NCBI GenBank assembly: GCA_002269645.1
Contig: NIVC01002120.1
Location: forward strand, 1 to 64,000
Direction of reading: 5' to 3'
Length of the DNA: 64,000 bases
Source of the DNA: Macrostomum lignano
Taxonomy: Eukaryota
Below the pieces are notes generated by a model that did not search any database, had not been told where the DNA came from, and saw only the letters and a list, made by a program, of their open reading frames with translations. Shown piece by piece: positions 59,733 to 64,000 of the stretch. Numbering within the stretch: position 1 is the first letter of the stretch; each line of letters starts with the position of its first letter. The position numbers and the translations under genes are program-made.

Positions 59733-62700
59733 ATGTCAGCTGGACAGCACACTAACAGTGCATCCTCCAATGCTGGTATTGCTGGCGTGGACCTGAGTCT
59801 GGTCCGCTGCGTTAGCAACCTGGAGCTGGGGAAGTCACCAGAGCAGACACTAGAATCCCTGTTTCACCTGTTCGACACTGGCGACAAGGGCTATCTGGAT
59901 GCTGGGGAGGTTGGCGCCATCATTGGCCAGATGGTGCAGGTGGCAGCCAGTCTGGACTGGGACACTGCGGAGCTGCGGCCTGTGAGTTACAGCTGGCCTT
60001 CGCCCACACCTGTATCTGCCTGTACCTGCAGCTGACTCACCTGTATCTGACTGTACCTGCAGCTGACTCACCTGTATCTGACTGTACCTGCAGCTGACTC
60101 ACCTGTATCTGACTGTACCTGCAGCTGACTCACCTGTATCTGACTGTACCTGCAGCTGACTCACCTGTATCTGCCTGTACCTGCAGCTGACTCACCTGTA
60201 TCTGACTGTACCTGCAGCTGACTCACCTGTATCTGACTGTACCTGCAGCTGACTCACCTGTATCTGTCTGTACCTGCAGCTGACTCACCTGTATCTGTCT
60301 GTACCTGCAGCTGACTCACCTGTATCTGACTGTACCTGCAGCTGACTCACCTGTATCTGACTGTACCTGCAGCTGACTCACCTGTATCTGACTGTACCTG
60401 CAGCTGACTCACCTGTATCTGACTGTACCTGCAGCTGACTCACCTGTATCTGTCTGTACCTGCAGCAGACTCACCTGTATCTGTCTGTACCTGCAGCTGA
60501 CTCACCTGTATCTGACTGTATCTCCAGCTGACTCACCTGTATCTGACTGTACCTGCAGCTGACTCACCTGTATCTGTCTGTACCTGCAGCTGACTCACCT
60601 GTATCTGTCTGTACCTGCAGCTGACTCACCTGTATCTGTCTGTACCTGCAGCTGACTCACCTGTATCTGACTGTACCTGCAGCTGACTCACCTGTATCTG
60701 ACTGTACCTGCAGCTGACTCACCTGTATCTGACTGTACCTGCAGCTGACTCACCTGTATCTGACTGTACCTGCAGCTGACTCACCTGTATCTGTCTGTAC
60801 CTGCAGCTGACTCACCTGTATCTGTCTGTACCTGCAGCTGACTCACCTGTATCTGACTGTACCTGCAGCTGACTCACCTGTATCTGACTGTACCTGCAGC
60901 CATTATTTATTTAACCTGAGACAGTTTATTTTATAAGTCCGAAGCTCTGCAACCTGTGCATCCGCAGATCCTGACAGACCTGATGTGGCGGCTGGACTCC
61001 GACGGTGACGGCCGGCTCAGCCTGGCCGACTGGCTCCGCGGCGGCGCCTCCTCAGTGCCGATCCTGCCGCTGCTCGGTCTGGACGCCAGCGTTAAAGATG
61101 ACAGCAGCCACGAATGGCGGCTGCGGCGGTTCGTGAAGGGTCGGCACTGCAATGCGTGCCAGAGGCAGCTGACTGGCCTGAACAAGCTGGTTAGTTGTGC
61201 GCCTGCTGGCTATCTGGGGGTTGTAGCCTAGTGTTTAAAGCGTTGGGCTCACGACTGAAAGGTCGGGGGTTCGATTCCCGATGCCACTGGAACAATTTGC
61301 GTAATTGAGCTGTCGGTTGCACATCTGCACCTTAGGTCAGGTGTAATCAATTTTTGCTGCCTATGCTAATATCAGTCGTGTACATACTGTCAGTAGTATT
61401 GTATGCAATTCGCAACACCTATGTTATTGAATTACGCAATTAGGCAGCTCCATAATCATGCCAGTCGAAGTCTATCATGCCGATTTCAACTGCAGGGCCT
61501 GCGCTGCATGCTGTGCCGCTACACTGTTCACGACAAGTGCCTGGTCAGGGCGCCGGCCTCCTGCATCGCCACCTACGCGAAGTCCGGGCCTCAGCAGCAC
61601 CGGGACTGCCAGCAGCCGCAGCACCACTGGACGGAGGGCAACTGCGCTGGCGCCCGCTGCGGCAGGTGCCGCCGGACTTTGGGCCGCAGCCTCGCCAACC
61701 TGCGCTGCCGCTGGTGCCAAGTCTGCCTGCACGGCCGCTGCGCCGAGCAATGGGCCGACCAGGCCTGCGACCTCGGCCCACTCCGCCAACAGCTCCTGCC
61801 GCCAGGCGCCCTGTATCCTGCCGTGCTGGACGGCCGGCCGACCTCCCTGACCCTCCGCTTGGTGCCGCCGCCCGACTGCGTGCCAGTGCTGGCCTTCGTC
61901 AATCCGAAATCTGGCGGCCGGCAGGGTGCCCGGGTGCTGCGCAGGCTGCGCTACCTGCTGAACCCCAGGCAGGTGTACGACCTGATCAGCGATGGCGGCC
62001 CCATGGTGAGCTGCTGCAGCATTGCCAGGCAATCTTATGTGTGGTCTAAATATAGGAACAAATGGGATTCACCATTGTATGCGGTCTAAAAATAGAAACA
62101 AACAGGCTTCACCATAGTATGCAGTCTAAAAATAGAAACAAGCAGGATTCACCATAGTATACGGTTTAAAAATAGAAACAGGATTTACCATATTGTGTGT
62201 GGTCTAAAAATAAAAACAAACGGGATTCACCATAGTATGCGGTCTAAAAATAGAACAGGATTCACAATTCGCTGTGATAAGTGCGATATGAAAATGGTTT
62301 TTCCTCAGATAGTGGTCTAAAATAGTAACAAGGTGGATTCGCCATCGGGGGGACAATTCAGCATTGTGCCACCCTTTCCCCCGAAATGGCTACCAGCGCG
62401 GCCTCAGGCTGTTTCACCAGCTGCAGCAATTCCGCGTGCTGGTCTGCGGCGGTGACGGCACCGCTGGCTGGCTGCTGGAGGCGATGGACACCTTCGACTG
62501 GCCTTGCGACCGGCCCCCTGTGGCGGTGCTGCCGCTGGGCACCGGCAACGACCTCGCCCGCTGCCTCGGCTGGGGCGGCGGCTACGAAGGCGAGCCGTTG
62601 GAAGGCATCCTACAGCGAGTTGCCGCCGGCACCGCCGTCCGGTTGGACCGCTGGCGCATCGACTTCTCGACCGAGCCGGCCGGCGGGGACGCCCAGCAGG

Positions 62701-63341
62701 CGGCGGAGTCCGGCCGGCCGCCCGTGGGCATCGTGAACAACTACTTCAGCATCGGGGTGGACGCGGCCATCGCCCGCCGGTGGCACCTCAGCCGGGAGCG
62801 CCACCCGAAGCAGTTCAACTCGCGGCTGCGGAACAAGATCTACTATGCCGGCATCGGCGCCTCCGAGCTGCTCGGCGCCACCTGCAAGAACCTCCACCGC
62901 GACTTAGACATCGTCTGCGACGGCCGCGTGCTGAACCTGGCCGACGGGCCGCCGCTTGAAGGCGTCGCCGTGCTGAACATCGCCTCGGTGTACGGTGGCC
63001 GCAGCCTCTGGTCCGACAGGCCCGGCCACCGCCAGTTCGCCAGGCAGGACATGGGCGACGGCCTGCTGGAAGTCGTGGCTTTAAAAGGCGCCGTCCACGC
63101 TGGCCTGGTGGCCGGCGGCTTCCCCAGCTCCGGCCGCAGGCTGGCGCAGTGCTCGGAGATCGTCATCCGCACGAGGCGGAGCTTTGCCATGCAGATCGAC
63201 GGCGAGCCCTGGCAGCAGCCCGCTGGCACCGTCAGCATCTGCCGCGCCGGCCAGGCCGCTGTGCTGGCCGCCCCACCGCCCGCCCGGCCGTCCGGCCTCC
63301 GCCGCCTGCTCTGCCATCGTGGCGGCGGCAGCGAAGAATGA
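59733..63341 (+). CDS. DGKB: Type I diacylglycerol kinase (EF-hands, two C1 domains, catalytic and accessory domains); exons ~59733-59981, 60968-61189, 61496-62005, 62397-63341; true start uncertain
   Basis: LFHLFDTGDKGYLD (EF-hand); HEWRL..F....CNAC; HHWTEGNC; FVNPKSGG.QG; VCGGDGT; LPLGTGNDL; NNYFSIGVDA; MQIDGEPW. Splice sites in frame. The A/B/G paralog cannot be resolved. Confidence 0.9.
60007..60900. repeat. 31-bp intronic minisatellite (CTGACTCACCTGTATCTGACTGTACCTGCAG), about 29 copies
   Basis: Highly homogeneous direct repeat filling most of a DGK intron. Confidence 0.97.
61217..61288 (+). mobile_element. tRNA-derived SINE head or tRNA pseudogene in a DGK intron
   Basis: A-box-like TAGCCTAGTGTTTAAAGCG and B-box GGTTCGATTCC; acceptor and anticodon stems pair poorly. 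Confidence 0.55.
62045..62330. repeat. About 40-bp degenerate intronic tandem repeat (GGTCTAAAAATAGAAACAAACAGGATTCACCATAGTATGC)
   Basis: About 6 imperfect copies. Confidence 0.85.
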
Positions 63342-64000
63342 TCCCAGTTCACGAGTTCTGCTCCCCTCTCTGATTCCCTCTCTGATCCCCTCTCTGATCC
63401 CAGCTCTGATCTCAGCTCTGATCCCAGCTCTGATCCCAGCTCTCATCCCACCTCTGATCCCATCTCTCATCCCACCTCTAATCCCACCTCTGATCCCATC
63501 TCTTATCCCACCTCTGATCCCACCTCTGATCCCATCTCTCATCCCACCTGATCCCACCTCTGATCCCAGCTCTGATCCGATCCCAGATTAGATTAATTTG
63601 TTATTATCAAAATTTTGCAAACTGGAGTTGAGTCGATCCCGATTACTGGCCCTCATCGAGTTCAGTAGTATGTTTTGTATATTTTTTACTCTTAAATTTT
63701 GTTCAACCTTGATAATTTTGTGCGTGAGTGCACAATCTCTCTTATCCCAAGCTCTGTTCATTTATCCCCACACACGTTATTCCCGAATCGCAGTTCTCCC
63801 TCAGGCGCTCTCTGGCTGGCCAAAATTTGTCTTTGAACTCTCCGCTCATGTCAACGACAGTCCGCGTGCTGACTTTTATTGTTTTCTACTTATTTATTTT
63901 TTGTTCATTAAAATTGTTTATTCGTGAGCTTTCTTGACAGCCGTCTTATTTGCCCATCGCTGCCACGGCGCGCACAGGCAGTTTTTGAGCCCCTGCGCTT

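Overview
Eukaryotic (invertebrate animal-like) genomic DNA in two parts. Bases 1-13383 are the right-hand part of an AT-rich endogenous Polinton/Maverick-type virus. It carries a protein-primed PolB 3' end, a membrane protein, a lectin-tipped fibre-like protein, adenain protease, minor and major capsid proteins, an A32 ATPase, a free-standing HNH endonuclease and a PLA2-integrase fusion, and ends in an AGTAGT-type terminus. Three features of this element stand out. (1) A 303-nt group I intron, with an almost fully traceable core and a terminal A instead of G, splits the PLA2 Ca-binding loop directly downstream of the HNH gene. (2) A family of 30-bp double-hairpin elements (two 5-bp stems with 3-nt loops; stems differ but stay complementary) occurs as 7 full copies plus partial ones, mostly in frame inside genes. 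(3) The terminus folds into an imperfect hairpin of about 270 bp. Bases 13384-64000 are host DNA with GC-rich genes: SARA/ZFYVE9-16-like, a secreted PAN + glycine-rich protein, histone H4, neurocalcin-like and a type I diacylglycerol kinase. The host part also has many intronic minisatellites, a foldback element with an 8-bp TSD enclosing an RTE LINE, a Mutator-like element, a BEL/Pao remnant and an inverted pair of Penelope-type hammerhead motifs. All calls come from reading motifs by eye; no database searches or folding programs were run.
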